Shown here: positions 11,203 through 21,856 of the stretch, piece after piece
How the letters are laid out: each line of letters begins with the position of its first letter
Numbering within the stretch: the stretch's first letter is position 1
Assembly (NCBI GenBank): GCA_963843555.1
Contig: CAWJKV010000004.1
Coordinates: 64,001 to 128,000 of the forward strand
Origin: an uncultured Methanosarcinales archaeon
Lineage (GTDB): Archaea > Halobacteriota > Methanosarcinia > Methanotrichales > Methanotrichaceae
Length of the DNA stretch: 64,000 nucleotides
Reading direction: 5' to 3'
The notes under the pieces: generated by a model
The model's database searches: none
What the model saw: only the letters and a program-made list of their open reading frames with translations
Told to the model about the DNA's origin: nothing
Made by a program: the position numbers and the translations under genes

Positions 11203-12180
11203 TCAGTCCTTCAAGCCTTCCATAGTCACAGAGAAGACCGCCTCGCCATCGGGCAGGTTCGGAGAATCGACCAGGCGTGCGATGCGCTTTTCGCCTTTGG
11301 ATTTGCGCAGGTACAACCGGAAGGTGGACGTATGGCCCAGCACGTGCCCGCCTACGGGTTTGGTCGGATCGCCAAAGAAGGTGTCCGGTTTGGACATGAC
11401 CTGGTTGGTGACCAATATCAGGGCATTGTTCAGGTCTCCAAAGCGCATCAGATCGTGCAGGTGCTTGTTCAACTTCTGCTGGCGGTCGGCCAGTGTGCCT
11501 CGCCCCACGTACTCCGCCCGGAAGTGAGCCGTCACGGAGTCCACGATCAGCAGGCGAACCGGCCGCTCAGAATCTTTGAGCTTCTCGGCCAGGTCCATGG
11601 CGCTCTCTGCCAAAAGGATCTGGTGATTGGAGTTGAAAGCCCTGGCCACACTGATATTCTTCAGAAACTCCTCTACATCCCAAACCCGATCATCAGGTGC
11701 GGGGGGCAATCCCTTAACCATCTGGGCGATGCGCTCCGGCCGGAAAGTGTTCTCAGTATCGATGATTATGGCCGAGCCGTTCAAGCCGCCCATTTCGGTT
11801 GGCAGTTGAACATTGATGGCCAATTGGTGGGCGACCTGGGTTTTGCCGCAGCCAAACTCTCCATAGAGCTCCACTATGGACTGGGTCTCCATTCCACCGC
11901 CCAATAGCTCATTGAAGCTCTTGCAGCTGGTGGTGATCTTGCCCACGTGCTTGCGGCGCTCTAAAATTCGATCTCCAGTCTCAAAGCCGCCAACGTCCGC
12001 AGCTTCTCGTGCCCCGGCGATGATCTTGGCAGCGGTAGCCTCGCCCACTTCCGCCGCGGCCACAAGCTCCCCCGGAGATGCAACAGCAATGGCTTCAATG
12101 GAGTTAAAGCCTGCCTCGCGCAGCTTTTCAGCAGTGGCCGGACCCACGCCCGGCAGATCTTCCAGTAATTTTGTTGCCAT
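11203..12180 (-). CDS. radA: DNA repair and recombination protein RadA (no intein)
   Basis: LEDLPGVG Hh[10 protein letters not shown] Walker [21 protein letters not shown]. Confidence 0.97.
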   Translation of the reverse strand: MATKLLEDLPGVGPATAEKLREAGFNSIEAIAVASPGELVAAAEVGEATAAKIIAGAREAADVGGFETGDRILERRKHVGKITTSCKSFNELLGGGMETQSIVELYGEFGCGKTQVAHQLAINVQLPTEMGGLNGSAIIIDTENTFRPERIAQMVKGLPPAPDDRVWDVEEFLKNISVARAFNSNHQILLAESAMDLAEKLKDSERPVRLLIVDSVTAHFRAEYVGRGTLADRQQKLNKHLHDLMRFGDLNNALILVTNQVMSKPDTFFGDPTKPVGGHVLGHTSTFRLYLRKSKGEKRIARLVDSPNLPDGEAVFSVTMEGLKD

Positions 12181-12226
12181 CTTCCTAGTTCCTCTGTTTG
12201 GTGTTCGCATGCCTTACTTAACTTCC

Positions 12227-13342
12227 TTACTCAGGCGGGGCGAAAGTAATCCTGGTGCGCCATCCACAGGAGAGCTCCAATCCTTCATTCCAGCCATTCT
12301 TGACCTGGACATCGGTCAGCTCCGCCTTGTAGCCCAGATCCAGACCCTGCAAGAGATCTACATGATCTCCCCAGAGGGCCACCTTCACTCTGCCTGAATT
12401 GTCAGAGACGTAGATACTGGCGACCCGCCCGGCTCTACCGTCATCTCTCTGAAACTCCCGCACCTCTCCCAGACCCGTCACAAAGCCCGAGACGCTGCAG
12501 ATCGTGCCCGCTTTCAGGTCGGCTATCGGCGTTATCTTTTCAGAAAAGTCCAGCTTTTGGCTGCTCTTTCGGACGGCTGTACCACTGCCTGTCTGGATCT
12601 CCAGCGATCCGTATCTTTCCCGCGACGAACCGCTTATGACCTCGATCGTTTCTCCTTTTGCAAGCGGCATTTGGGCCTGCTCATTCCAGAGGGTAAGCCT
12701 GATCTTGCCGGTCTCATCTCCCAGGAGAACCCCTCGAACCTGGCCTTTGCCGCCATCTTTGCGCACGAACTCCCTGATCTCGCCGGGGTCCACGACCACT
12801 GCCAGCAAGCTGACATCGCCCATATCTCTTTTAATCTCCGCGATCTTATAGGGAGCAACCCTGGGTTTGATGTCCTGGTCCACCTCTTCGATGCCGCCAC
12901 TATGGCCCAGGCTCACCTCAGTTCCCGCATAGCCCTCTTTGGCTAGCCCCCTCACTTTGAGGCACTGATCTACAGCCAGATCCCCTGATCTGATCATCTC
13001 CGTGCTCTCATCCCACAGAGCCAGCCGCACCGAACCGGTCTCATCGGCCAGGGTTATATTGGCCACCCGGCCCATTGATCCGTCAGAACGCTGAAACTCG
13101 CGGACCTCGGAGACTGTGAGAACTCGCCCTGTGAAGGTGACATTTCCCATCTCCGGCCGGATGCTTCCAATCTTGGTCAACACCTCCGTTGTACCCAGAT
13201 CTCTGGCCACAAGCATGGCCGCTGTCCTGGAATCGCATAGACCTGCCATGAGCGCCACCTTCTCTGCCACCCTGGCCTCGAAGTCCTCAGGAGTTAGCTG
13301 ATCGGCCACCTGACTGTAAATCTCCTCTAGTTCCGCATCCAT
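12227..13342 (-). CDS. rpa: Replication protein A (three OB folds)
   Basis: Three repeats of VREF.R.DG..G.V....L.DETG.VRL.LW; upstream of radA. Confidence 0.9.
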   Translation of the reverse strand: MDAELEEIYSQVADQLTPEDFEARVAEKVALMAGLCDSRTAAMLVARDLGTTEVLTKIGSIRPEMGNVTFTGRVLTVSEVREFQRSDGSMGRVANITLADETGSVRLALWDESTEMIRSGDLAVDQCLKVRGLAKEGYAGTEVSLGHSGGIEEVDQDIKPRVAPYKIAEIKRDMGDVSLLAVVVDPGEIREFVRKDGGKGQVRGVLLGDETGKIRLTLWNEQAQMPLAKGETIEVISGSSRERYGSLEIQTGSGTAVRKSSQKLDFSEKITPIADLKAGTICSVSGFVTGLGEVREFQRDDGRAGRVASIYVSDNSGRVKVALWGDHVDLLQGLDLGYKAELTDVQVKNGWNEGLELSCGWRTRITFAPPE

Positions 13343-13348
13343 CCCCGG

Positions 13349-15082
13349 TCATCCGTGAATAGCGTAGCGTTCTTCCAGGTACTTCAGATATGGAGCATGG
13401 CAGCTGGCCAGGAAGGCGTTGCAGACCTCGGCCGGATTCCCGTCCGCCACCAGGGCTCCATTCTCAATAAGTATGGCCCTGTGAGAGACCTCCTTGACGA
13501 AATCCACATGGTGGCTCACCAGAATAATGGTGGTGCCGAATCTTGCATTGATCTTCTTGATGGAATTGGAGACCTCCCGCAAGGTGATGGGATCGATATC
13601 TCCAAAGGGCTCGTCCAGGATCAGTATCTTTGGTCTGGCTGCCAGGAGTATGGCTAAAGATGCTCTCACCAGCTCGCCGCCTGATAGTTGTTCTGGCAGC
13701 TTCCACATGGCCTCCTTGTCGAGGGACATCAGATCAAAGATGGGCTCGGCAAACTTGCTGGCCTCCGTCATAGGGAAACGGGGGAATAGTTCCTTGAATA
13801 TATCACGGGTCAGTCCCAAAGACTCAAATGCGGCTTTAGCGTCATCTTCCGACATATCCGTCATGGCGTAGATGATATCGAGCACCTTATCGCTTATGCC
13901 CAGTTCCTCGGCCATAGCCCGGGCGTGATCGATCACATCATTGCCTTTGATGCCCATTTGGTAGGCGATCTGATCGATGATGGTCTCGCTGGCATAGAGG
14001 GCGAACTCCTGATACATGATGCCTAGAGTCCGGCGCACATTCATTCTGTCGGGCGAGTAGTTCATCATGTCCACCCATTTATCTTGGTACCGATAATAGA
14101 CGGCCCCTTCGTCCGGCATCCTGACGCCCTGCATGATCTTGAGTAGAGTGGTCTTTCCTCCACCGCTGTTGCCTATGAAAGAAGTGATCTCTCCCTCGTT
14201 TATATCGAAGTTGAGGTTCTCCATATTCAGTACGTTCAGGACCTCTCCTGTGCAGATCTGGCAGCCCCTCTTGGATATGCCTCTTACCCTGATCAAGGGC
14301 TGGGCATTGGTTATTTCCGCCAGAGGCTCCATTTTTCCAATACCGGCCATGAACTTGTCTAAGACATCCCTGGGCTTCCCCTCGGCCACTATTTCCCCGT
14401 TCTCCAGCCAGAGCAGCCTGTCGGCCAGATATTCATGAATTTCGGGCAGATGCGATACTACTACTATGGTTAGACCAAGCTCTTTATTCACATTCTTAAT
14501 GGCGTCCAGCACCTCTTGCTTTGTGGCCGGACAGGCCATGGTGGCCGGCTCGTCCAGGAGAAGGACCTTGGGCTTCTTGGACAGCTGCCTGGCTATGAGG
14601 AGCCTCTGCTTTTCTCCGCCGCTGAGGATAGTGGCCAGGTGATTGGCCTTCTTCTCCAGCCCCACCAGGCGGAGGTAGTATAGGGCCTCCTTGTACATGG
14701 CATCGTAGTCTGAATCCTCGGGTATTGGCAGCACCTCAAAGCCCGTCTTGCGGGAGTGGATCCGTCGCACCACGTTTTTGAGAGCAGACTCCGTCCAGAG
14801 GGCGAAATCCCTTTGCAGATGTATGGCGGTGGCGGCCAATTGCGCCCTTACTACTTCGCCACTGGAATCGGGCGTTATGGTGACGCCGTCAATGATGATC
14901 TTGCCAGAATCGAAGCTCTCCATACCTCTCAGGATCTTCATCAGGGTGCTCTTGCCCCCCCCGCTCTTGCCCACCACTCCCAAAATCTCACCTGGCCGGG
15001 TGGTGAAGCTGACATTCTTAAGAGCTACAATATCCCTGTCCTTCAACCTATAGGTCTTGGACAGATTCTCAATCTGGAGCAA
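13349..15082 (-). CDS. Dual-cassette ABC ATPase, MCR component A2 (AtwA)-like paralog
   Basis: Two Walker A (GKSGGGKS, GNSGGGKT), LSGGEKQR and LSGGE signatures, AIHLQRDFALW, LLLDEPATMACP; no TM segments. Confidence 0.8.
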   Translation of the reverse strand: MLQIENLSKTYRLKDRDIVALKNVSFTTRPGEILGVVGKSGGGKSTLMKILRGMESFDSGKIIIDGVTITPDSSGEVVRAQLAATAIHLQRDFALWTESALKNVVRRIHSRKTGFEVLPIPEDSDYDAMYKEALYYLRLVGLEKKANHLATILSGGEKQRLLIARQLSKKPKVLLLDEPATMACPATKQEVLDAIKNVNKELGLTIVVVSHLPEIHEYLADRLLWLENGEIVAEGKPRDVLDKFMAGIGKMEPLAEITNAQPLIRVRGISKRGCQICTGEVLNVLNMENLNFDINEGEITSFIGNSGGGKTTLLKIMQGVRMPDEGAVYYRYQDKWVDMMNYSPDRMNVRRTLGIMYQEFALYASETIIDQIAYQMGIKGNDVIDHARAMAEELGISDKVLDIIYAMTDMSEDDAKAAFESLGLTRDIFKELFPRFPMTEASKFAEPIFDLMSLDKEAMWKLPEQLSGGELVRASLAILLAARPKILILDEPFGDIDPITLREVSNSIKKINARFGTTIILVSHHVDFVKEVSHRAILIENGALVADGNPAEVCNAFLASCHAPYLKYLEERYAIHG

Positions 15083-15094
15083 AATTATAACCTC

Positions 15095-17110
15095 CTATCT
15101 TACTTTAGTTCCTATTTCCACTGCGTCCCTTGGCCGCAGCAACACGGCTTTCCCGCCAGCATCCGCTGCCAGGAGCATGGCCTGGGACTCGATGCCGAAG
15201 AGCTTGGCGGGCAACAGATTGGCCAGGACGACCACCTGGGTTCCCACCAGATCCTCAGGAGAATAGGACTGGGCGATGCCAGCCACAACCTGGCGAATCT
15301 CGCTCCCGATATCTACATCGAGCTTGAGAAGTTTATTCGAGCCTTTTATGGGGCTTGCCGTTTTTAATCTCTCCGATGCACAGATCCAGAGACTGGAAAT
15401 CCTCAAAGGAGATCTCGCCTTTTTTCTTTGCGGTCTTTCCTTTTTCCTTGGACTCGGCCTGCTCCATCCTCTCCTTGAAGATCCTGTCCAGATCTTTGAC
15501 GAAGGCCTCTTCCATGCGAGAGAAAAGAATCTCGGGGACACCCGAGCTTCTGGCCCAAACGATGGGCACGACGGCCTCCTGGAAGGACTTTTCAGCGACC
15601 GTTCCCGCCATTCCGATCTGCTTCCAGGCAGCTTCCATTTTGGCAGGCATGACCGGTTCCATTAGAATGACCAGCGCCTTGGCGATCTGCAGACAGCTTA
15701 TAAGAACTGAACCGGCCGATTCTTTATCATTCTTGATCAGCTTCCAGGGCTCGTGATTCTGGAAGTATATGTTGCCATAGTCCGCCAGGGTCATAATACT
15801 GTCTGTGGCCTTCTTGAACTCGTACTCCTCCAGACCGGATATAACTTCCGCCATGGTCTGACCGATCCTGGCCATGACCTCGTCGTCAATAACACCTTGT
15901 GGAACCTGTCCCTCAAAGTTCTTCACGCTGAAGGTCAGGGCGCGGTTAAGGAAGTTGCCAAAAGCACCCACCAGTTCGGTATTAACTTTATCGGCAAATA
16001 TCTTCCAGGCGAAGTTGACCTCCTTGTTGTGAGCAGTGTAGCTGGCCAGATAGTAGCGCAGCAGATCGGGATGAAGGCCCTTATCCAGGTAATCGTCTTT
16101 CACCCAGATGACATTGCCCCGGGATTTGGAGAATTTCTTGTCGTCTATCTTGAGCATGCCACTGGCGACGACGTCAGAAGGCAGGGTATATCCGGCTCCT
16201 TTGAGCATGGCCGGCCAGAAGATGCAATGATGGTAGACAATGTCTCCCCCGATGAAGTGGATGATTTTGGCTCCATCCATCCAGTAGGCCTTCCAGTCCT
16301 TGCCATTTTTGGCACACCATTCCTCGGTGAAGGCGATGTAGCCAATGGGCGCATCCACCCAGACGTAGACCACCAGTTCGCTATGGCCAGGGAACTTCAC
16401 GCCCCAGGCCATGTTGCGGGTTATGCACCAGTCCTTCAACTCCGTCCGGACCCACTCCATAGCGTAATTTCGGGCTGACGCAGTTCCGCCCAGGGTCTCC
16501 AGATACTTAAGCAAAAATTCTTTGAACTCCGAGAGCTTGAAGAAGTAATGAATCTGTTTGCGATACTCGGCTTTGCCGCTGCAGACCTTGCAGATGGCGT
16601 TCTTGATCTCGCCGGGCTCCAGATGGCGGCCGCAGCCCATGTCACATTCATCGCCGCGAGCGGGTTTTCCGCAATAGGGGCATTCACCTTCCACGTACCT
16701 GTCCGGCAAAAAGCGTTCGCACTTCGGACAGTAGGCCAGCTCTATCTCTTTGGGGTAGACGTAGCCCCCATCCATGAGGGCCTTTACCATTTCATGAGTG
16801 CGATTGTGGCAGGCAGGATCGTCCGTGTCTTCCAAAGAAATCGAAATTAACGCCCATTCCTTTAAAGATCCCGTCAAAGTGCTGGTGGTACTTGGCTAGC
16901 CAGCTCAGACGGCGCCATCCCTTGAGCCTCGGCGTTGACCACAATGGGAGTCCCGTGGGCGTCCGAGCCGCAGACGAAAAGAATTTCCCTGCCCATCTTC
17001 TTTAACCCTCTGACGAAGATGTCCGCCGGTACATAAGTTCTTAAATGGCCCAGATGACATGGCCCATTGGCGTAGGGCAGTCCACAGGTTACAAGGATAG
17101 GCGATGACAA
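15095..17110 (-). CDS. metG: Methionine--tRNA ligase, split by two or more apparent indels (~16875, ~15360)
   Basis: [12 protein letters not shown] (HIGH), Zn knuckles, KFSKS, C-terminal Trbp111-like domain ending GTKVR; TTG start at 17110. Confidence 0.93.
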
Positions 17111-17341
17111 TGAGAACACCGCCTCTCGGTATGGTGCAACAGGGAGATATAGATTTCCCAGGCGGGCGAAGTCACCAGGATTAAACATTCCTATCGGCTG
17201 AATAGCCAAAGCAGCCCGAAAAGATCAAGCAAGATCCGAGCAGCAATCCTGGATAAAATGTATATAATCGGATGGCAAATGCAGGTAATAATATCAAATT
17301 AGCCACCTCATAGGAGATAATAGATCTAACGGGGGTATCAG

Positions 17342-18634
17342 ATGAGATTAATTATTCTAGCCCTTTTGCTGGCTCTAGCCTTCAGCACGGCTCAAGCCTA
17401 TCCGCTGCAGGGCAGCGATGGAACCGCAACAGTCACACTCTTTGGGGCAGTCAGAGCGCCTCTTAACGACACTTCGGAGATCCTGAAGGTTGATATCGGT
17501 CTTATGGGCACTGAGAACGCAACATATGAACTGTTGGATGCCGATGATCGTGTCTACAAACCCGGCCTGTATAAGACTCTCACTCCAGAACGGCAGCTGG
17601 TCTATTTCATCATTCCAAAAGATGATCTCTTCAAGCTCTTAACGGCATTGCCTTCAGACGGAAAAGCCATCAACATCAACTGGTGGGCAACACCCAAAAA
17701 AAGTAACAATGATTTGGTGATAAGGTACTACGGAATAACGGATTGGCTAATCAATCCAGATGAGCAGGGCATTGTCCTTCAGGTCCGCGCCCAGAACAAT
17801 GGCACCCATGACCTGCTCGTCAGCCCGGAGAACTTCACCCTCCTGGATCAGTGGGGCTGGCCTTACAGTCCCACGGCTGGATTCGATTCTGAGAATGTCG
17901 GACCGCAAAATGCCACAGAACGAGTCTTGCTGGGCTTCACCGGCATCCCTATACTCAGCAAGCCAGCCGCTCTGGCATACGATTACAATGGTGCCAACCA
18001 GATCCTCATAGACTTTGATAAGGACTACGCGCCTCTTCCCGATGCCACTGTCTATGGCCCCAATGCTACAAAGAGCACCGCCACTGCGCAGCCAGCCCCG
18101 GCATCGTTGGCAACACCCGTCCTGGCGACGCCCACCCCGGCGGCAAATCAGACCAACCAGACAGCCGCGGCTCCGGCCAACAACACCACCATAAAGCTCA
18201 GCTCTCTCAAGGAGAAGATCGCCGCCAGCAAAGCGAGGCTTGCTGGAGTGGGGGGTTCAAACGACAGCGACCAGAAGTCTGCCGTAGGCTCAAGTATCAC
18301 CTCCAGCCTTAACGCCACGCGTGAAAGGCTCGCGGCCACGAGGGCGAATCTCGATAAGCAGACAAAGAATGACACATCGAATAACACATCAACGTCGAAT
18401 GTTCCATTGAACAGTACACTCAATAGCAACAATACTCTGAATAGCACGCTGAACAACACTTTGAATAAAACCCGAATAGCACTCCCAATGGCATGCAAAA
18501 AAGCATCTCGAGCATGTCAGCCTAAATTGATGGCGTCCTCCATATCTCCAGGGCCCGGGATGCCCGGGCTCTTTTTTTCAAAACCTCCCAAAGGACCCAA
18601 AAGATTATATCATAACATCAGAGTTATGTTATAG
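17342..18634 (+). CDS. Secreted/surface protein, DUF4352-like, Asn/Thr-rich tail; true stop probably near 18525
   Basis: Signal peptide, ENFTLLDQWGWPY, NSTLN repeats; terminator hairpin inside the last part of the called ORF. Confidence 0.7.
   Translation: MRLIILALLLALAFSTAQAYPLQGSDGTATVTLFGAVRAPLNDTSEILKVDIGLMGTENATYELLDADDRVYKPGLYKTLTPERQLVYFIIPKDDLFKLLTALPSDGKAININWWATPKKSNNDLVIRYYGITDWLINPDEQGIVLQVRAQNNGTHDLLVSPENFTLLDQWGWPYSPTAGFDSENVGPQNATERVLLGFTGIPILSKPAALAYDYNGANQILIDFDKDYAPLPDATVYGPNATKSTATAQPAPASLATPVLATPTPAANQTNQTAAAPANNTTIKLSSLKEKIAASKARLAGVGGSNDSDQKSAVGSSITSSLNATRERLAATRANLDKQTKNDTSNNTSTSNVPLNSTLNSNNTLNSTLNNTLNKTRIALPMACKKASRACQPKLMASSISPGPGMPGLFFSKPPKGPKRLYHNIRVML
18550..18578 (+). 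terminator. GC stem-loop followed by a T7 tract
   Basis: GGGCCCGGG-ATG-CCCGGGCTC then TTTTTTT. Confidence 0.65.
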
Positions 18635-19580
18635 ATGAGATGTATAGTTCTGGTTCTGTTCATTGTGCTCGTATCTGGAATCGCCCACGGTTATCCTCTG
18701 CAGGCAAGCAATGGAGTTGTCAACTGCACTGTCTTTGGCTCTTTCCCGGATCCCTGGCCTGCGGGAAACGCAAATGCCGACTCATATTTTGTCCTCAATG
18801 TGGACCTGAGCCTGACAAGGATAAATGCCAGCAATAATACCCCTATTCGAGCCGTCTACAGTCTCAAGGACGGCAATGATCGGCTCTTCAAAGCGAGCAA
18901 GGAATATGCGAAAGAGCTCCAATCCGGCCGATGGCTGATAGGTTTCGTGGTTCCCAGGGAGACGATTGCCAGGAACCTGATTGTAGACGTCTCCGGGGAT
19001 CCCGCCAGCGGCAAACAGTTCTCTCTGCGCTTCCCGGAGCTCATCTAATTCCAGCGACGGCAATGTGACACTACTCTACTATGGCGTATTGCGGTCCTGG
19101 GTAAGTTCCAATAAAAAGACCATCGTATTGGACACTGCCTGTGACCAATAACGGAACGCTGGAAATTGCCTGTTCTGGCCCAGAACTTCACTTTGAAGGA
19201 TCAGTGGGGCTGGAAGTACAATGGAAATCAGTATGACGTCCTGGGGAATAAGGGTATATCTAAGGTGGTGCTGGAGCCCAACGGGACCATAAGGGCAGCC
19301 CTGATCTTCAGCTCCCTTTCACCTATAAGCCGGCCGGTCGAGCTGGTTTATCAGTACTCCAATAACAGCTCCCTGGCCCTGGATATAGATCCTGAGTCGG
19401 ACCTCTGCCTGGCCGCAAAGCATTATGAGCAGCAGTGAATGCAACCGTGCTGAGGAACAAACCGCATCCGATCCCACCAGCCTGGCGGGGTCCCTCAAGT
19501 CCAGCAAAGGCCGGCTGGACAAGGCGGATGCGAATGCAGAAGGCAACAGTGTCGCGAGAAAAGGACGAGATGATCTCTAG
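18635..19580 (+). CDS. Secreted paralog of the upstream surface protein, split by indels (~19045, ~19140, ~19430)
   Basis: Shares YPLQ after the signal peptide, NFTL.DQWGW.Y and C-terminal SK.RL across ORFs 18635..19048 and 19166..19438. Confidence 0.65.
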
Positions 19581-19593
19581 AAGGTAGGAGAAA

Positions 19594-20604
19594 ATGGTTT
19601 TTGCACCAATACATTACATTCCTTCAGCAATCTCCGCTCTCCTGATCATTTTTCTTGCCGGGAGGGTTCGCCCTCATAAGATCCTGGCCTTAATTATGGC
19701 CTCGTTCGCCGTCCTGGGACTGGTGGGCTATCTCTCCCGGGGAGAATTGCGTTTTTATCCTTTGGATCAACATGTTCTGCACTCCTGGCTGGGCACAATT
19801 GCGCTCTTGCTATCCCTGACCCTCTTTCTGGACGGAATGCTAATTCATAAACTTCGCGGGAAGGCTCACTGCCGATTGGGCTATATAGCCGCATTTTTCG
19901 CCGTCCTCGCGCTGTTGAGCGGCCTATCCATCTTCTTTGGATTGCAGCTTTTGCCGCCAGAGAATCCTTTGCCCGGGGAGACCTCCGTTCCAACATCAGT
20001 GCAGGCCGGGCCGGCACAAGAGAACGCATCCCATGTCCTGCCGGAGGTGGAGGCCCTGGAGTATCAGGGCAAGAAATTGACGCCCTTGAGCCAGCAGGGG
20101 AACAACGCCATCCAGGGAACGCAGGTTATCGACAAGAATACTTACCGGTTAACTGTCACGGGCCTTGTCGAGAGAGATCTGTTCATGAGTTATGAGGAGC
20201 TTCTCAATCTACCAGCCTATGCGGAGGAGGCATACATGCCCTGCGTAGAAGGATGGGGATTTGACGCCAAGTGGACCGGATTTAGGGTCGTGGATCTGCT
20301 CAATCTCTCCGGCTTGAAGCCAGATGCAAGCTATGTTGTGTTCCACTCCTCGGATGGCTACTCAACAGGCTTACCACTCGATTATTTGAGTGCAAATAAG
20401 ATCCTGCTGGCGTATGGCATCAATGACGTCACTTTGCCTCCTGAGAGGGGTTTTCCCTTCCAGTTAGTCGCCAGGAGTCGGTACGGCTACAAATGGGGCA
20501 AATGGATAACCAAGATCGAGGTCGTGGATAAGGAAGAGAGAGGCTACTGGGAGGCGAGAGGCTACAGCAATAGCGCCAAAGTGGGGGAGTTCCCCTTCGG
20601 GTGA
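19594..20604 (+). CDS. Molybdopterin-dependent oxidoreductase (sulfite oxidase/MsrP family) with N-terminal membrane domain
   Basis: YRLTVTGLV, PCVEGW (Mo-ligand Cys), GFPFQLV...YGYKWGKWITKIE, GYWEARGYS. Confidence 0.88.
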   Translation: MVFAPIHYIPSAISALLIIFLAGRVRPHKILALIMASFAVLGLVGYLSRGELRFYPLDQHVLHSWLGTIALLLSLTLFLDGMLIHKLRGKAHCRLGYIAAFFAVLALLSGLSIFFGLQLLPPENPLPGETSVPTSVQAGPAQENASHVLPEVEALEYQGKKLTPLSQQGNNAIQGTQVIDKNTYRLTVTGLVERDLFMSYEELLNLPAYAEEAYMPCVEGWGFDAKWTGFRVVDLLNLSGLKPDASYVVFHSSDGYSTGLPLDYLSANKILLAYGINDVTLPPERGFPFQLVARSRYGYKWGKWITKIEVVDKEERGYWEARGYSNSAKVGEFPFG

Positions 20605-20622
20605 ACAAGACTTATCTCTCGA

Positions 20623-21411
20623 CTAAACAACCGCATGAGGGATTATTGTCGGTTCAGATTTGACCATCCTGGAATACAGATCCGTATACAGTTCCGACAC
20701 CCCCTTAAGGACTCTGTATCCCTTCTCGGTTATCATATAGTCTCCTCTTTCATGCCTCTGCAGGATCATTCCGCCATCTTGCAGCTTCTGCAAATGGAAT
20801 AGCAAATTGCCGCCCCGCAGTCCAGTGAGCCTGGAAAGAGCTGAAAATGTCTTAGTCTCCCCGGAAAGGGCCTTCAGCATTTGCAGCCTCTGCTTATTGC
20901 TCAGGGGCTCAAGGATATCGCTGACTATGTTCTCTTCCGGCAGGTCCTTCACCGATTCCCTGGTCACATCATTATCCCGGTATACCCTGAGAGAGCGCAT
21001 CAAGTCAGTCTGCTTGTCGAAGAGCCTGAATGCTTCGGAGAAGCAATTCTTGCACTGCTCATATGGAGCCTTACCCCGCATTTGCTCCATCTTAGATTTC
21101 GTGTTTCTCATGGAATCCTCTGATACTTCGCGCTCTCTGATCTGTTCCAGGTTGTTTTTGAGAAGATCTGAGAACAGCCCTTTGCAAGCTTCCTTCATAT
21201 GACAATCCCTCACCATTTTGCCTTCCAGACCGTTCTCTATCTCGCCTGTTGCATATCCCGAGATCACGCCTAAAAAATCGCTTCTGCAACCATTGACGAT
21301 CGACGTCAAATGCTGCTGGTTCGAGCGTTCCATGAACCTCAACATATCTTCATGCATAATGTCAAGCTTTGACTTGATTGCATCAACTTCGCCCTGAAGT
21401 TTCGCATTCAT
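20623..21411 (-). CDS. ArsR-like winged-helix regulator with Cys-rich N-terminal domain
   Basis: C-terminal LEPLSNKQRLQMLKAL...GGNLLFHLQKL...GDYMITEKG; N-terminal Cx5C and CxxC. Confidence 0.85.
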   Translation of the reverse strand: MNAKLQGEVDAIKSKLDIMHEDMLRFMERSNQQHLTSIVNGCRSDFLGVISGYATGEIENGLEGKMVRDCHMKEACKGLFSDLLKNNLEQIREREVSEDSMRNTKSKMEQMRGKAPYEQCKNCFSEAFRLFDKQTDLMRSLRVYRDNDVTRESVKDLPEENIVSDILEPLSNKQRLQMLKALSGETKTFSALSRLTGLRGGNLLFHLQKLQDGGMILQRHERGDYMITEKGYRVLKGVSELYTDLYSRMVKSEPTIIPHAVV

Positions 21412-21555
21412 GATAGCATCTGCAACCGCTAAAGTTAAAAAGGTTTCTATTTTATATCTCAGGGTTAATTTTGTGCATTGAATTACACCTTGTACAGTAT
21501 AATAACGCTAAAGTATATATTCACAACTGATGAATACACTCATTGGTGAAAACCC

Positions 21556-21795
21556 ATGAGTATAAAAGACGAGATACATGCACAGATTGAAGGTGCTCTG
21601 AAGAACGCCAAATTTCCCCTGAATACACCCGTTGAGCTTCTGGCTGCCTTGCCCCAAGGTGCTGCCACCAAATGCAAAGCAGGAGACGTAGAACTTACTG
21701 CGGGCGACGCCGGAAAGGTCTTGAAGCCCAGCGATTTCCCCTTCAAGAGTGCCAGACAGGTTGCAGACGTGATCGTGGAGCGAGCAGGACTTTGA
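21556..21795 (+). CDS. MTH865-like family protein
   Basis: FPLNTPVELLAALPQGAATKC.AGDVELTAG...DFPF; GGTGA RBS. Confidence 0.85.
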   Translation: MSIKDEIHAQIEGALKNAKFPLNTPVELLAALPQGAATKCKAGDVELTAGDAGKVLKPSDFPFKSARQVADVIVERAGL

Positions 21796-21856
21796 TAGAA
21801 TTTTAACAATTATTTAATATCAAAGCCGTAGCAAAAAAACAGGTATGGTGTTGTAT

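Noticed and set aside
11113..11907. 264 aa plus-strand ORF, and similar long ORFs at 15753, 44501, 46631, 52353 and 59838
   Set aside because: Antisense shadows of radA, metG, elp3, hisG, the ABC ATPase and aIF2alpha, with no motifs of their own
16860..16890. Programmed ribosomal frameshifting in metG, hisG or prs
   Set aside because: No consistent slippery heptamer or downstream structure; window-wide indel noise explains it more simply
18380..18480. Short tandem repeats as a CRISPR array or regulatory repeat
   Set aside because: They are degenerate in-frame coding repeats (NSTLN/NNTLN) with no repeat-spacer structure; no CRISPR array was seen in the window
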